DNA from: Oopsacas minuta
Taxonomy: Eukaryota > Animalia > Porifera
Direction: 5' to 3'
Assembly (NCBI GenBank): GCA_024704765.1
Contig: JAKMXF010000313.1
Coordinates: 150,675 to 214,674, forward strand
Length of the DNA: 64,000 bases
Under the pieces are notes generated by a model that was given only the letters and a program-made list of their open reading frames with translations, was not told the DNA's origin and did not search any database. Of the stretch, positions 62,303-64,000 are shown piece by piece. The position numbers and the translations under genes were made by a program. Position 1 is the stretch's first letter, and each line of letters starts with the position of its first letter.

Positions 62303-62804
62303 CGGTTGAGGCCTTGATCGATCTCGACTTCTACCTGACCCTACCAGAACCACGAGATTTCTGTATCTCAACTCATTACTCAATATTCCATACACTTGTT
62401 GAGCCAGCGTGTAACAGGGGGACTGTGGGGGAGGGTGCCATCACCGCCATATTTGAACATGAACTATTCTTACTTGACTTAGAGGATTTACGTATTGTGT
62501 CGAATATGCATAGAATCGAGCATCATTAAGCATTAACCCACCAAGTTGATTCTTATCCCCCAGTATTATTTTGAAATCTTCATCTGAGTGCTTATGCTTT
62601 TTTTCACCCAAACCTGCCAAACATTGCCAATCATATCCCTAATTCCCTGCGCTCCCTGCATACTGGATAGGACGTTTTCTAGAGAGGTTGAACCATATAA
62701 TTTCCGATCGCTCGCTATGCTTGCTCTTAATTTTGGATTAGAGAGAATATTATTTGAGAAAGGATGAATATGTGAAAATAATTGTATCCAGCTATACTCT
62801 GGGC

Positions 62805-63625
62805 CATGGTCTACTATATATACGTTTAGCTAAGCAAAGAATTGTCAAAATAATATCCAGGCCATTGATTATATTCTGATTGATCATGAAGAATTGCAGT
62901 TATCATTACAAAATCAACTGTAAATAAGTTCCCACATACGGCGGAGACATCTAGAATACTTTTGAACCTGCTTTCCAGGTTATTTTAACCACAATGACGC
63001 AATCAAAGTTCATGCCTATATACAGTAATTTCTTTTCATATTTATCAATTTTTTCAGAAATTCTCAAAGCTTAAACTAATCCTTTTATCAAAATACCTTC
63101 CACTTGTTGAATGTTAGTTTTAGTAATCTAAATATTATCTTCATTTTCATTAACACTCGTTAAATAATAATTTTAGTGATATTCGCCGTAAAAACAACAT
63201 TTAAAAGTCAATCCTAGAAATCGAAGAAATTCCATCAAAAAATGTATGTGAACACTAAATAAGTCACATTTGTTAACCATTTTTATAGGTTTATTTAATA
63301 AATCTTTCTATTGTGTTTTGTGCTAAGTTAATACGAATAATTATTCATTTCATGGGATTTGTGGGTTTGTCGATAATATTGATATTTATTAGTAAAATAA
63401 TTACCATTATTGAAGGTGAACTTTGATTGCGTCGTTGTGGTTATAATAACTAGAAAGTAGGTTCAAAAGTATCCTAGATGTCTCTCCGCCGTATGTAGAA
63501 ACCTATTTACAGTTGATTTTGTAATGATAACCGCAATCCTCCATGATCAATCAGAATACAATCAATGGCCTGGATATTATTTTGACAATTCTTTGCTTAG
63601 CTTGCCGTGTATATAGTAGGCCATG
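62805..63625. mobile_element. Fold-back / long-TIR non-autonomous element
   Basis: ~210-bp arms (about 62805-63012 and 63417-63625) are near reverse complements, e.g. gctaagcaaagaattgtcaaaataatatccaggccattg. Confidence 0.75.
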
Positions 63626-63827
63626 TCTGGACTCATGAATTACACTGTCCAACAAAAATATTTTTTGTTTCTGTTGCCTAAGATTTTAGATTGAATTTAG
63701 ACTATATTTGCTGTGCTGAGTTCGAAAATGACATCGGCTTTGCTGGATTGGCTCTTGATTTTAGTCTACATTTATGTTTACATTGTTAGTTACCTTTTTC
63801 AAATGTACCGGTGTAACAGCCTAGATT

Positions 63828-64000
63828 AGCCTCCCCACCCAGTTTAACCCCGGGTATAGTCTGGGCTAGCCTAGATTAACCCCCAGGTATAAACTGGGCT
63901 AGGCCAGATTAAGCCCCGGGGTTAATATAGGCTAGCCCAGAGTATACCCTTTAGCCCAGATTAACCCCCAGAAGGGGGGTTAATCTGGGCTAGCCTAAAT
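63828..64000. repeat. GC-rich short direct/inverted repeat cluster, cut by window end
   Basis: Recurrent ctgggctagcctagattaacccc units in both orientations. Confidence 0.6.

Noticed and set aside
62303-64000. Possible RAG2-like gene downstream of the transposase
   Set aside because: Lies outside the TSD-bounded element; no kelch or PHD-like reading frame seen, only a decayed ORF and repeats.
1-64000. tRNA, rRNA or snRNA genes
   Set aside because: No recognisable cloverleaf, A/B box pair or conserved rRNA/snRNA sequence seen by eye; a tRNAscan/Infernal run would be needed to exclude them fully.

Overview
AT-rich eukaryotic (animal) genomic DNA with GT-AG introns. The mix of mostly intronless genes, nested genes and many small transposons resembles a compact sponge genome, possibly a glass sponge (inference only). 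Genes in order: ComEC/Rec2-like metallo-beta-lactamase; an 11-exon ankyrin + pseudokinase gene that I reconstructed (5054-21895); BORCS7-like; an MRL-family RA-PH adaptor; Rubicon-like; a Y-box cold-shock protein; a 4-exon CNBD2-like gene on the minus strand (38652-57693) whose introns hold hnRNP U-like, a TRAF-type zinc finger, an SLC49/DIRC2-like MFS transporter and mevalonate kinase; and DHRS11-like SDR. The standout is a complete 3112-bp Transib/RAG1-like transposon (59191-62302). It has an intact DDE transposase ORF, a perfect 5-bp target-site duplication (CGGTT), both ends starting with the V(D)J RSS heptamer CACAGTG, and bipartite TIRs whose spacers differ by 9 bp. No RAG2-like gene lies inside it. 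Intergenic and intronic DNA is full of Helitron-like, hAT and Tc1/pogo-type non-autonomous elements. All protein assignments are by-eye motif recognition; no database search was run.
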